Part shown: positions 36,851 through 45,373 of the stretch, one piece after another
Position numbering within the stretch: position 1 is the stretch's first letter
Layout of the letters: every line of letters begins with the position of its first letter
The notes under the pieces: model-generated
Databases searched by the model: none
What the model was told of the DNA's origin: nothing
What the model saw: the letters and a program-made list of their open reading frames with translations, nothing else
Source: Burkholderiales bacterium
GTDB taxonomy: Bacteria; Pseudomonadota; Gammaproteobacteria; Burkholderiales; SG8-39
Assembly (NCBI GenBank): GCA_035651815.1
Contig: DASRFB010000042.1
Coordinates: 243 to 64,242 of the forward strand
Reading direction: 5' to 3'
Length of the DNA: 64,000 nucleotides
Position numbers and translations under genes: made by a program

Positions 36851-37825
36851 TTGGCCGAGACCGAGAACTGGGCCTTCCCGGGCAACCTGCAGCCCGATCC
36901 CGCCGACTATCGTTTCCCGCTCGCCGAAGCGCTCGACGCGCTGGTGCTGGTGCGCACCGAGATCCCGGAGGACGCCTTCACCGCGCCCATTCTCGGCACC
37001 GAGCGCGCCGGCAACGGCGTCGTCATCCGCGCCGACGGCCTGGTGCTCACGATCGGCTACCTGATCACCGAGGCGAGCGCGGTGTGGCTGACGACGAGCC
37101 GCGGCGTCGCCGTCGCCGGCACGCCGCTCGCGTACGACCAGGCGACGGGCTTCGGCCTGGTGCAGCCGCTCGGGCGGCTCGGCGTCCCGGCGCTCGAGCG
37201 CGGCTCGGCGGCCTCCTGCGCGGTGGGCGACGACGTCATCGTCGCGGGACACGGCGGCCGTGCGCACGCGCTGAAGACCACCGTGGTCGCGAAGCGCGAG
37301 TTCGCGGGCTACTGGGAGTACGTGCTCGACGAGGCGATCTTCACGGCGCCCGCGCATCCGCAGTGGGGCGGCGCGGCGCTGATCGGCGACGAAGGCAAGC
37401 TGCTCGGCATCGGCTCGCTGCTCGTGCAGGAGCAGGTCGGCGACAAGAACGTGCAGGGCAACATGATCGTCCCGATCGACTTCATCGAGCCCATCCTCGA
37501 CGACCTGCTCAGGTTCGGAGCGCGCTCGGGCGCGCCGCGCGCGTGGCTCGGGCTGTACGCGAGCGAGGTGCGCGGCATGCTCGCCGTCGCCGGGGTCGCG
37601 CCGCGCGGGCCCGCGGACCGCGCGCAGATCAAGACGGGCGACCTCGTGCTCGAGGTCGGCGGCCGGCGCGTCACCGCGCTCGCCGACCTGTTCCGCGCGG
37701 TCTGGCAGCTCGGCCCCGCGGGCACCGAGGTGCCGCTCACGATCAGCCGCGACGGCAGGATCTCGCACGTCAGCGTGCGCTCGGGCGACCGCCACGAGTT
37801 CCTGAAGAAGCCGCATTTGCACTGA
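36851..37825 (+). CDS. DegP/HtrA-like trypsin-fold + PDZ protein with substituted catalytic triad (predicted pseudoprotease)
   Basis: Collinear with the DegP protease domain, but NAH is replaced by IGY (Y70), TDIALL by TGFGLV (G100), and GNSGGP by PQWGGA (W172). C-terminal PDZ-like region (GDLVLEVGGRRV). TTG start. No signal peptide is evident. Confidence 0.75.
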   Translation: MAETENWAFPGNLQPDPADYRFPLAEALDALVLVRTEIPEDAFTAPILGTERAGNGVVIRADGLVLTIGYLITEASAVWLTTSRGVAVAGTPLAYDQATGFGLVQPLGRLGVPALERGSAASCAVGDDVIVAGHGGRAHALKTTVVAKREFAGYWEYVLDEAIFTAPAHPQWGGAALIGDEGKLLGIGSLLVQEQVGDKNVQGNMIVPIDFIEPILDDLLRFGARSGAPRAWLGLYASEVRGMLAVAGVAPRGPADRAQIKTGDLVLEVGGRRVTALADLFRAVWQLGPAGTEVPLTISRDGRISHVSVRSGDRHEFLKKPHLH

Positions 37826-37857
37826 AAGCAGCGCGCGATTGCCGGTACAATCGGCGC

Positions 37858-38298
37858 ATGATCGTATTCGAGCTGATCTGCCCCGATCGTCATCGCTTCG
37901 AAGGCTGGTTCGCCTCGTCCGGGGATTTCGACGGACAGAAGGCCGCCGGCCTGCTCTCGTGCCCGGTGTGCAGCAGCCCCGGCGTCGAGAAGCTGCTCAC
38001 CGCCAAGATCGCGAAGGGCGAGCCGCCGCGCGAGGGACGGCCGAACGTCTCCAACGTGAAGCCCGCGCAGGGCGGGGCCCGGGACCGGCCGACGCTCAAG
38101 GACATCGTCGACTTCATCCTCGCCAACACCGAGGACGTCGGCAAGGCCTTCCCCGAGCAGGCCCGGCGCATGCATTACAAGGAGGCGCCGCACCGGAACA
38201 TCCGCGGCGTCGCCACGCTCGAGGAGACGCGCGAGCTGATCGAAGAAGGGATCGACGTGGTCCCGCTTCCCGTCGCCCCGCGGAACGAGCTGAACTGA
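37858..38298 (+). CDS. DUF1178-like zinc-ribbon protein
   Basis: MIVFELICPDRHRFEGWFASSGDFDGQKAAGLLSCPVCSS... (CPxxH...CPxC). ATG at 37858 inside track ORF 37084-38298. Family name is from recollection. Confidence 0.7.
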   Translation: MIVFELICPDRHRFEGWFASSGDFDGQKAAGLLSCPVCSSPGVEKLLTAKIAKGEPPREGRPNVSNVKPAQGGARDRPTLKDIVDFILANTEDVGKAFPEQARRMHYKEAPHRNIRGVATLEETRELIEEGIDVVPLPVAPRNELN

Positions 38299-38299
38299 G

Positions 38300-41200
38300 C
38301 TAGACGCGCTCGCGCTGCTTCGCGAGCTCCGGCAGGCAATGCCGGATCCACTGCGCGGTGATCTTCTCCTGCAGCGAGTTCTGCTTGAGCCGCTCGGAGA
38401 GCGCGCCGAAATCGACGCAGTCGAGCTCCTGGTCCTGGTTGAAGCACGAGAACACATAGCTCGTCTTGCCGGTGCGCGCGTCGCGATGCGGCTGCAGGCA
38501 CTGCGCGCAGATCTCCTTCATCATGCACTGCATCGGCGAGTTGATCGAGCCGATGGCGAAGTGGTGCGGCTTGAGGTGGGCTTTCAGCACGTCGTGGCGC
38601 GCGCGGCCGACCGCCGCCATCATGCGGTCGGAGCCTATCGCGATCAGCCGGTCGGCGTCGTCCAGGCGCAGCGTGGCGCGCCCGAGCCGCCCGTCGGCGT
38701 ACGCGTCCATCGCCTGCACGATGTTGCCGACGAACGTCCGGTCCTGCGGCCGCGTCGGCCGGAAGCCCGGCTCCTCGTCGCAGCACCAGACGACGACGTC
38801 GGCCGCGTTCTCGATCTCGGCGACCTTGTAGCGGTCGATCACCTTCTTGTAGCCGGCGAAGTAGAGCACCTTCGAGCCGCGCGCGCGGAACGCCTGCCCG
38901 ATCGAGAACAGGACCGCGTTGCCGAGGCCGCCGCCGGCGAGGATCACCGTCTCGTTCGCCGCGATGTGCGTCGGCGTGCCGGTCGGGCCCATGAGCACCA
39001 CCGGCTCGCCGGGCTTGAGCATGGCGCACAGGTCGGACGATCCTCCCATCTCGAGCACGATCGTCGAGATCAGGCCGCGCGCCTTGTCGACCCAGGCCCC
39101 GGTGAGGGCGAGGCCTTCCATCTGCAGCCGCGTCGCGCCGGCGGCACCCGGCACGAGCGGGGAGAGCGTTTCGTAGTTCTGCAGCCGGTAGAATTGGCCC
39201 GGCTCGAACTTGCGCGCGGCGAGCGGCGCGCGCACGACCACCTCGACGATGGTCGGCGTCAGGCGCTGCACCTCGTGCACCGTCGCGAGCAGCTCGCGCG
39301 CGAGGTCCGTGAAGAACTTCGCGGGCTGCTCGGCCGAGCTCGGCCGCTGTTTTGCCAGGACGCGCGAGACCACGGGGTAACCCTGTCGCGCCGAGCCGAG
39401 CGCTTTCACCACGTTGCCGAAGTACGACGGATGCAGGTCGCCGAAGAAGCTGACGAAGCGGCCGTCGGGCAGGCGCGAGAGCAGCACGTCGGGCCGCTCG
39501 GGCTTGGAAATCGAGTATTGCGGCTTGAGCGGCGCCCCGTCCTCGTCGCACGCCCCAAAATAGCGCCCGTCGAGGCGGAAGTGCGCCGGGTGCTCGCGCG
39601 CGAGCACGGTGTTGGGCTGGGTGCCGGCCGCGACGAACACCGTGTGCGCGGGCAGGGTGTGCTCGGCCGTCTCGTCGCCCAGGCCGCTCGGGCGGCTGAA
39701 GCGGATGGCGCGCACCGCGCCGTAGTTGTCGACGTCGACGGCGAGCGGCGACAGGCCTTCGGCGAAGACGATGCCTTCCTCGAGCGCCTTCTCGACCTCC
39801 TCGTGGTTCAGCGTGTACGACGGGCTGTCGACGAGGCGCCGGCGGTACGCGATCGTGACGCCGCCCCAGTGGCGCAGCAGCTCGACGATCCCCGGGGAGC
39901 GGCCCTCGGCGGCGGCGGCGACGCGCTCGGCGCGGATCGCGCGCGCGTGAGCGAGGAACTCCTCGGCGACCTCGCGCTCCTGGTCGTCCCATCGCTCGCG
40001 CACGGCGTCCTCGCCGGACTCGGCGGCGAGCGCCTCGAAGCGCGCGAGGAACTTCTCGACCTGCACCACGTAGTACGCGAGCGATTCGGTGGCGGTGTCG
40101 ATCGCCGTCAGGCCGCCGCCGACGACGACCACCGGCAGCCGCAGCTGCATGTTCGCGATCGAGCTCTCCTTCGCCGCGCCCGTGAGCTGCAGCGCCATCA
40201 GGAAGTCCGACGCCGCGCGCACGCCGCGCGCGAGCCCGTTCGGGATGTCGAGCACGGTGGGCTTGCCCGCGCCCATGCACAGCGCGACGTGGTCGAACCC
40301 GAGCGCGGCGGCGTCCTCGAGCGTCACCGTGCCGCCGAAGCGCACGCCGCCGAACAGGGCGAACTCCTCGCGCCGCTCGAGCAGCAGCCGCACCATCTTC
40401 AGGAAGTTCTTGTCCCAGCGCACCGTGATCCCGTACTCGGCGACGCCGCCGAAGCCCGCCATGACGCGGTCGTCGAGCGGCTCGACCAGCGAGCTCACAT
40501 CGCGGATCGGCTCGAAGGCGGTGCGCGCGCCGTCGGCCCCGACGCCCGAGATCGCGGCCGGCAGCGGCTCGATCTTGAGACCGTCGATGCCGACCACCGC
40601 GTGGCCGTCGTTCATGAGGTAGTGCGCGAGCGTGAATCCCGCGGGCCCCATGCCGGCGACGAGCACCTTGTAGCCGCTCGGCGCCAGGGGCAGGGGACGG
40701 CGCAGGTTGAGGGGATTCCAGCGCGTGAGCAGCGAGTAGATCTCGAAGCCCCACGGCAGCTCGAGCACGTCCTTCAGCGTGCGCGTCTCGACCTGCGGGA
40801 TGTCGACCGGGTCCTGCTTCTGGTAGATGCACGCCTTCATGCAGTCGTTGCAGATGCGGTGGCCGGTCGCGGCGACGGTCGGGTTGTCGATGACGATCAC
40901 CGCGAGCGCCGAGAGCGCGTTGCCCTGGCTCTTGAGCGTGTGGAACTCGGAGATCTTTTCCTCGAGGGGACAGCCGGCGAGGGTCACGCCGAACGCGCTC
41001 TTCTTGAAAGTCACTTTGTCCGGCGCCCCCGCGGGCGCCTTCTCTTTCAGCCCCTTCGAGCACGAGTCCTTGCCCTGGGTGTGGCACCAGATGCAGTAGT
41101 TGGACTGGTCGAGCGCGCCGACGAGGTCGGTCCCCGGGTCGGTCAGGCCGAAGCCGCGGCGGCGGCGGATGTGCTCGGGCTTGATCGTGTAGGTCGTGAC

Positions 41201-41818
41201 GCCTTCGCTCGCCGCGGTCTGCGCGTGCTTCAGCAGATGCATCGGATCGGTCTTCGCCGGCGCCTTGAAGAGCACGCCGGCGCGCACGCGCTCGCGCCCG
41301 GCGGACGTGTGCAGCGCCCAGGCGGCGTACTTCATCGCGAGCTCGAGCGCCTCGGCGTGCGCCGTCTCGTCGGCGAGCCATTCGCTCACTTTGCGCGCGA
41401 AGGCGAGCTCGTCGAAACGCCCGCCGAGCCGCGCGGTCAGCTCCCGCTCGAGCGCCGCCCCGTCGAGCGCCGCGGCCTGGTCCGGCTTGATCTTGTTGGC
41501 CGCGCGCCGCTGCACGAACTGGCGCTTGACGCTGTAGAGCGGGGCGAGCTCGTGATGGCGTCCCGAGAGCGCCGCGAACTCGGGCGCGATGCCGAAGAGC
41601 GACGCGAGGAAATCGTCGAGGTGGGGCGCGACCTCGAGAATAAGCTCGGACTCCTCCTTGAGCGGAAGCGCGGACGGGGCCTCGCGCGCGGCGACGAGCC
41701 GGTCTTTCAGGCCCGCGTCGGCGGACGCGAGCGTCTCGAGGAACAGGGCGTCGAGCCGGACGAGGCCTTCGCGGCGGTACAGATCCCGGAACTGCAGGCC
41801 GTGGCCGAGCCTCAGCAT
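38300..41818 (-). CDS. Large multidomain Fe-S flavoprotein: unknown N-domain + GltD/NfnB-like module + PyrK/NfnA-like module
   Basis: Cys-rich CIWCHTQGKDSCSKG / GCPLEEKISEF / HRICNDCMKACIYQ. Dinucleotide folds VLVAGMGPAGFTLA and VVVVGGGLTAIDTA. C-terminal FNR-like region EPGQFYRLQNY, VLMGPTGTP, ILAGGGLGNAVL, and CMMKEICAQC...C...C. ATG at 41818 is preferred; TTG at 41845 (track start) would overlap fdxA by 11 nt. Confidence 0.85.
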   Translation of the reverse strand: MLRLGHGLQFRDLYRREGLVRLDALFLETLASADAGLKDRLVAAREAPSALPLKEESELILEVAPHLDDFLASLFGIAPEFAALSGRHHELAPLYSVKRQFVQRRAANKIKPDQAAALDGAALERELTARLGGRFDELAFARKVSEWLADETAHAEALELAMKYAAWALHTSAGRERVRAGVLFKAPAKTDPMHLLKHAQTAASEGVTTYTIKPEHIRRRRGFGLTDPGTDLVGALDQSNYCIWCHTQGKDSCSKGLKEKAPAGAPDKVTFKKSAFGVTLAGCPLEEKISEFHTLKSQGNALSALAVIVIDNPTVAATGHRICNDCMKACIYQKQDPVDIPQVETRTLKDVLELPWGFEIYSLLTRWNPLNLRRPLPLAPSGYKVLVAGMGPAGFTLAHYLMNDGHAVVGIDGLKIEPLPAAISGVGADGARTAFEPIRDVSSLVEPLDDRVMAGFGGVAEYGITVRWDKNFLKMVRLLLERREEFALFGGVRFGGTVTLEDAAALGFDHVALCMGAGKPTVLDIPNGLARGVRAASDFLMALQLTGAAKESSIANMQLRLPVVVVGGGLTAIDTATESLAYYVVQVEKFLARFEALAAESGEDAVRERWDDQEREVAEEFLAHARAIRAERVAAAAEGRSPGIVELLRHWGGVTIAYRRRLVDSPSYTLNHEEVEKALEEGIVFAEGLSPLAVDVDNYGAVRAIRFSRPSGLGDETAEHTLPAHTVFVAAGTQPNTVLAREHPAHFRLDGRYFGACDEDGAPLKPQYSISKPERPDVLLSRLPDGRFVSFFGDLHPSYFGNVVKALGSARQGYPVVSRVLAKQRPSSAEQPAKFFTDLARELLATVHEVQRLTPTIVEVVVRAPLAARKFEPGQFYRLQNYETLSPLVPGAAGATRLQMEGLALTGAWVDKARGLISTIVLEMGGSSDLCAMLKPGEPVVLMGPTGTPTHIAANETVILAGGGLGNAVLFSIGQAFRARGSKVLYFAGYKKVIDRYKVAEIENAADVVVWCCDEEPGFRPTRPQDRTFVGNIVQAMDAYADGRLGRATLRLDDADRLIAIGSDRMMAAVGRARHDVLKAHLKPHHFAIGSINSPMQCMMKEICAQCLQPHRDARTGKTSYVFSCFNQDQELDCVDFGALSERLKQNSLQEKITAQWIRHCLPELAKQRERV

Positions 41819-41834
41819 GCGATCGGGATCGATC

Positions 41835-42158
41835 CTAGCGTTCAAGGTGCTGCTGCTTGTCCTTGACGTCTTTCCACCGGTCGGCGTCCTCCGGCGCTTC
41901 CTTCGCGTCGGTGATCGCCGGCCAGATCTTCGCGAGCTCCGCGTTCAGCGCCGTGAAGCCCTTCTGGTCCTCGGGCAGGTCCTCCTCGGCGTAGATCGCG
42001 TTCACCGGGCACTCGGGGATGCACACGGCGCAGTCGATGCACTCGTCGGGGTCGATCGCCAGCATGTTGGGGCCCTCGCGAAAGCAGTCCACCGGGCAGA
42101 CGTCGACGCAGTCGGTGTACTTGCATTTGATGCAGCTTTCGGTGACGACGTGGGTCAT
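41835..42158 (-). CDS. fdxA: 7Fe ferredoxin (Azotobacter FdxA type)
   Basis: [55 protein letters not shown], the canonical [3Fe-4S][4Fe-4S] motif pair. Confidence 0.93.
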   Translation of the reverse strand: MTHVVTESCIKCKYTDCVDVCPVDCFREGPNMLAIDPDECIDCAVCIPECPVNAIYAEEDLPEDQKGFTALNAELAKIWPAITDAKEAPEDADRWKDVKDKQQHLER

Positions 42159-42194
42159 CGCGGGTCCTCGGGCGCGCCTTGCGCAAAAGATGAA

Positions 42195-42200
42195 ATTATA
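42195..42200 (-). promoter_or_regulatory. Perfect TATAAT -10 box on the minus strand upstream of fdxA
   Basis: attata on the + strand reads TATAAT on the minus strand, 36 nt upstream of the fdxA ATG. The -35 (TTCCGG) is weak. Confidence 0.3.
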
Positions 42201-42321
42201 CGGCGCGGACCGTACCCGCCGGAAGATGCGCCCCGGTAATTAGCTTATGACCGGCGCGGCGAGCAGCGACTCCGGCCCGCCGTGGTGTATATTCCAGCGC
42301 TCCTTCGTCCCGGGGATTTCG

Positions 42322-43515
42322 ATGCGATCCAACCTGCGCCTGCTCCTCGCCGTCGCGATCGTCTCGGCCGGTCCCGCCGCGGCCCAGAACGCGGTGAAGA
42401 TCGGCGAGCTCAACAGCTACAAGGTCTTTCCCGCGTTCCTCGAGCCCTACCGCAAGGGCATGGAGCTCGCGCGCGACGAGATCAACGCGGCCGGCGGCGT
42501 GCACGGCCGCAGGCTCGAGATCGTGATCCGCGACGACAACGGCAACCCGGGCGACGCGGTGCGCGTCGCCGAGGAGCTGCTCGCGCGCGAGAAGGTCGAC
42601 CTGCTGATGGGCACGTTCGCGTCCAACGTCGGGCTCGCCGTGGCCGACCTCGCGCGCCAGCGCAAGAGGCTGTTCCTCGCGTCCGAGCCGCTCACCGACA
42701 AGCTCGTCTGGCAGGACGGCAACCGCTACACGTTCCGCCTGCGGCCCTCGACCTGGATGCAGACCGCGATGCTGGTCGACGAGGCGGCGAAGCTGAAGAA
42801 GAAGCGCTGGGCGATCGTCTATCCCAACTACGAGTACGGGCAATCGGCGACCGCGGCGTTCAAGCAGCTGCTGAAGGCGAAGCAGCCCGACGTCGAGTTC
42901 GTCGCCGAGCAGGCGCCGCCGCTCGGGAAGATCGAAGCCGGGGCCGTCGTCCAGGCGCTCGCCGACGCGAAGCCCGACGCGGTCTTCTCGTCGCTCTTCG
43001 CCGGCGACCTCGCCAAGTTCGTGCGCGAGGGCAACCAGCGCGGCGCGTTCAGGAACCGCACCGTGCTCAATCTCCTCGGCGGCGAGCCCGAATACCTCGA
43101 CCCGCTCAAGGACGAGACGCCGACCGGCTGGTACGTCACCGGCTATCCCTGGAGCCAGATCAGGACGCCCGAGCACCAGCGCTTCCTCGACGCCTACCGC
43201 AAGAAGTACGACGACTACCCGCGGCTCGGCTCGGTCGTCGGCTACTCGGCGGTGAAGAGCGCGGCGGCGGCGGTCGCGAAGGCGGGCGGCACCGACACGG
43301 AGAAGCTGGTCGAGGCGATGAAGGAGCTGCAGGTCGACACGCCGTTCGGCCGCATCACGTATCGCGCGATCGACCACCAGTCGACGATGGGCGCCTACGT
43401 CGGACGCCTCGCCGTGAAGGACGGCAAGGGCATCATGACCTCCTTCCGGTACGTCGACGGCGCGCAGGTGCAGCCGAGCGACGCCGAAGTGAGAAAGCTG
43501 CGTCCCGCCGAATAG
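42322..43515 (+). CDS. ABC transporter substrate-binding protein (LivK/branched-chain amino acid family)
   Basis: Signal peptide MRSNLRLLLAVAIVSAGPAAAQ, then VKIGELNSYK... type-I periplasmic binding fold. Followed by LIV-type permease and ATPase genes. Confidence 0.85.
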   Translation: MRSNLRLLLAVAIVSAGPAAAQNAVKIGELNSYKVFPAFLEPYRKGMELARDEINAAGGVHGRRLEIVIRDDNGNPGDAVRVAEELLAREKVDLLMGTFASNVGLAVADLARQRKRLFLASEPLTDKLVWQDGNRYTFRLRPSTWMQTAMLVDEAAKLKKKRWAIVYPNYEYGQSATAAFKQLLKAKQPDVEFVAEQAPPLGKIEAGAVVQALADAKPDAVFSSLFAGDLAKFVREGNQRGAFRNRTVLNLLGGEPEYLDPLKDETPTGWYVTGYPWSQIRTPEHQRFLDAYRKKYDDYPRLGSVVGYSAVKSAAAAVAKAGGTDTEKLVEAMKELQVDTPFGRITYRAIDHQSTMGAYVGRLAVKDGKGIMTSFRYVDGAQVQPSDAEVRKLRPAE

Positions 43516-43519
43516 GACC

Positions 43520-45373
43520 GTGGCGAGCTTCGTCGCGCAGTTCCTGAACGGGCTCGCGAGCGCGTCGACGCTGTTCCTGATCGCCTCGGGGCTGTCGCTG
43601 ATCTTCGGCGTCACGCGCGTCGTCAACTTCGCGCACGGCTCGCTCTACATGCTCGGGATCTACGTCGCGTACAGCGCGGCGGCGCGCCTCGGGTTCTGGC
43701 CGGCGATCGCCGTCGCGGCCGTCGTCGTTGCCGCGGTCGGCGCCCTGATCGAGCTCGCCGTGCTGCGCCGGATCTACCGCCAGCCCGAGATGTTCCAGCT
43801 GCTCGCCACCTTCGCCGTGGCGCTGATCGTCAAGGACGCGTGCCTGCGGCTCTGGGGCCCCGAGGACCTGCTCGGGCCGCGCGCGCCCGGCCTGCGCGAC
43901 GCGGTCGAGGTCCTCGGCGCGACGGTCCCGAGCTACGACCTCTTCCTCGTCGCCGTGGGGCCCGCGGTGCTCGGGCTGCTGTGGCTCGCGCTGCGGCGCA
44001 CGCGCTGGGGCATGCGGGTGCGCGCCGCGACCGAGGACCGCGACGCGGCGTCGGCGTTGGGCGTCGACTCCAGGCGCCTGTTCACCGGCGTGTTCGCGCT
44101 CGGCGCGCTGCTCGCGGGCCTCGGCGGCGCGCTGCAGCTGCCGCGCGAGCCGGCCCAGCTCGCGCTCGATTTCGCCGCCGTCTCCGACGCCTTCGTCGTC
44201 GTCGTCGTGGGCGGGATGGGGAGCATCCCGGGCGCGTTCCTCGCGGCGCTCATCATCGGCGAGGTGAAGGCGCTGTGCATCGCGCTCGGCACGGTGCACG
44301 TGCTCGGCATCGACGTGTCGTTCTCGAAGCTCACGCTGGTCGCCGAGTTCGGGGTGATGGCGGTCGTGCTCGTGCTGCGTCCATGGGGCCTGCTCGGCGC
44401 CCCGCAGCCCGACGCGCAGCGCGTCGGCGCCGCGCCCGAGCCGGTGCCCGCCGCCGCGCCGCGCGGCGCGCGCGCCGCCGGCGCCGCCGTCCTCCTCGCG
44501 CTCGCCGCGTTTCCGTTCGTCGCGCCCGAATACGGCGTCGTGCTGATGAACGACGTGCTGGTGTTCGCGCTGTTCGCGGCGAGCCTGCATTTCATCATGG
44601 GGCCGGGCGGGATGGTCTCGTTCGGTCACGCCGCCTACTTCGGGCTCGGGGCGTACGGCGCCGGGCTGCTGGTGAAGCACGCCGGCTGGGGCATGGAGGC
44701 CTCGCTCGGCGGCGGGCTGCTCGCCGCGGCGGCGGGGGCCGCGCTCTTCGGCTGGTTCTGCGTGCGGCTCTCGGGCGTCTATCTCGCGATGCTCACGCTC
44801 GCCTTCGCGCAGATCGCCTGGTCGATCGTCTTCCAGTGGGACGAGCTCACCGGGGGCTCGAACGGCATCGTCGGGCTGTGGCCGCCGGAATGGCTCGCGT
44901 CGCGCACCGCGTATTACCTGGCGACGCTCGCGCTCGTCGCCGCGGCCGTGGTCGGGATGCGGCGCGCGCTGTCCGCGCCCTTCGGCTGGGCGCTGCGGGC
45001 CGCGCGCGACTCGCCGCTGCGCTGCGACGCGATCGGCATCGACGTCGCGCGCGTGCAGTGGGCCGCGTTCGTCGTCGCCGGCGCCTTTGCCGGCGTCGCG
45101 GGGTCGCTCTACGCGTTCTCGAAGGGCAGCATCTCGCCAGAGTCGACGATGGCGATCGGGCGCTCGGTCGACGCGCTCGTCATGGTGCTGCTCGGCGGCC
45201 TGCACTCGCTCTGGGGCCCGCTCGCGGGCGCCGCCGCGTTCACCTGGCTGCAGGACACCGTCGCGCGCGCGAGCGACTACTGGCGCGCGCTGCTCGGCGC
45301 CGTGATCCTGCTGCTCGTGCTCGCCTTTCCGCGCGGCATCGCGGGCTCGCTGCCGTGGCGAAAGCGATCGTGA
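43520..45373 (+). CDS. Fused LivH-LivM type ABC permease
   Basis: N-terminal half FLNGLASASTLFLIASGLSLIFGVTRVVNFAHGSLYMLG (LivH-like). C-terminal half LHFIMGPGGMVSFGHAAYFGLGAYGAG (LivM-like). Both lie in one 617-aa ORF. GTG start. Confidence 0.85.
   Translation: MASFVAQFLNGLASASTLFLIASGLSLIFGVTRVVNFAHGSLYMLGIYVAYSAAARLGFWPAIAVAAVVVAAVGALIELAVLRRIYRQPEMFQLLATFAVALIVKDACLRLWGPEDLLGPRAPGLRDAVEVLGATVPSYDLFLVAVGPAVLGLLWLALRRTRWGMRVRAATEDRDAASALGVDSRRLFTGVFALGALLAGLGGALQLPREPAQLALDFAAVSDAFVVVVVGGMGSIPGAFLAALIIGEVKALCIALGTVHVLGIDVSFSKLTLVAEFGVMAVVLVLRPWGLLGAPQPDAQRVGAAPEPVPAAAPRGARAAGAAVLLALAAFPFVAPEYGVVLMNDVLVFALFAASLHFIMGPGGMVSFGHAAYFGLGAYGAGLLVKHAGWGMEASLGGGLLAAAAGAALFGWFCVRLSGVYLAMLTLAFAQIAWSIVFQWDELTGGSNGIVGLWPPEWLASRTAYYLATLALVAAAVVGMRRALSAPFGWALRAARDSPLRCDAIGIDVARVQWAAFVVAGAFAGVAGSLYAFSKGSISPESTMAIGRSVDALVMVLLGGLHSLWGPLAGAAAFTWLQDTVARASDYWRALLGAVILLLVLAFPRGIAGSLPWRKRS

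Noticed and set aside
38175-41866. 1068-aa (minus) and 1175-aa (plus) ORFs overlapping the large flavoprotein gene
   Set aside because: They are shadow frames with Arg/Gly/Ala/Asp bias and no motifs. The chosen frame carries multiple cofactor-binding signatures.
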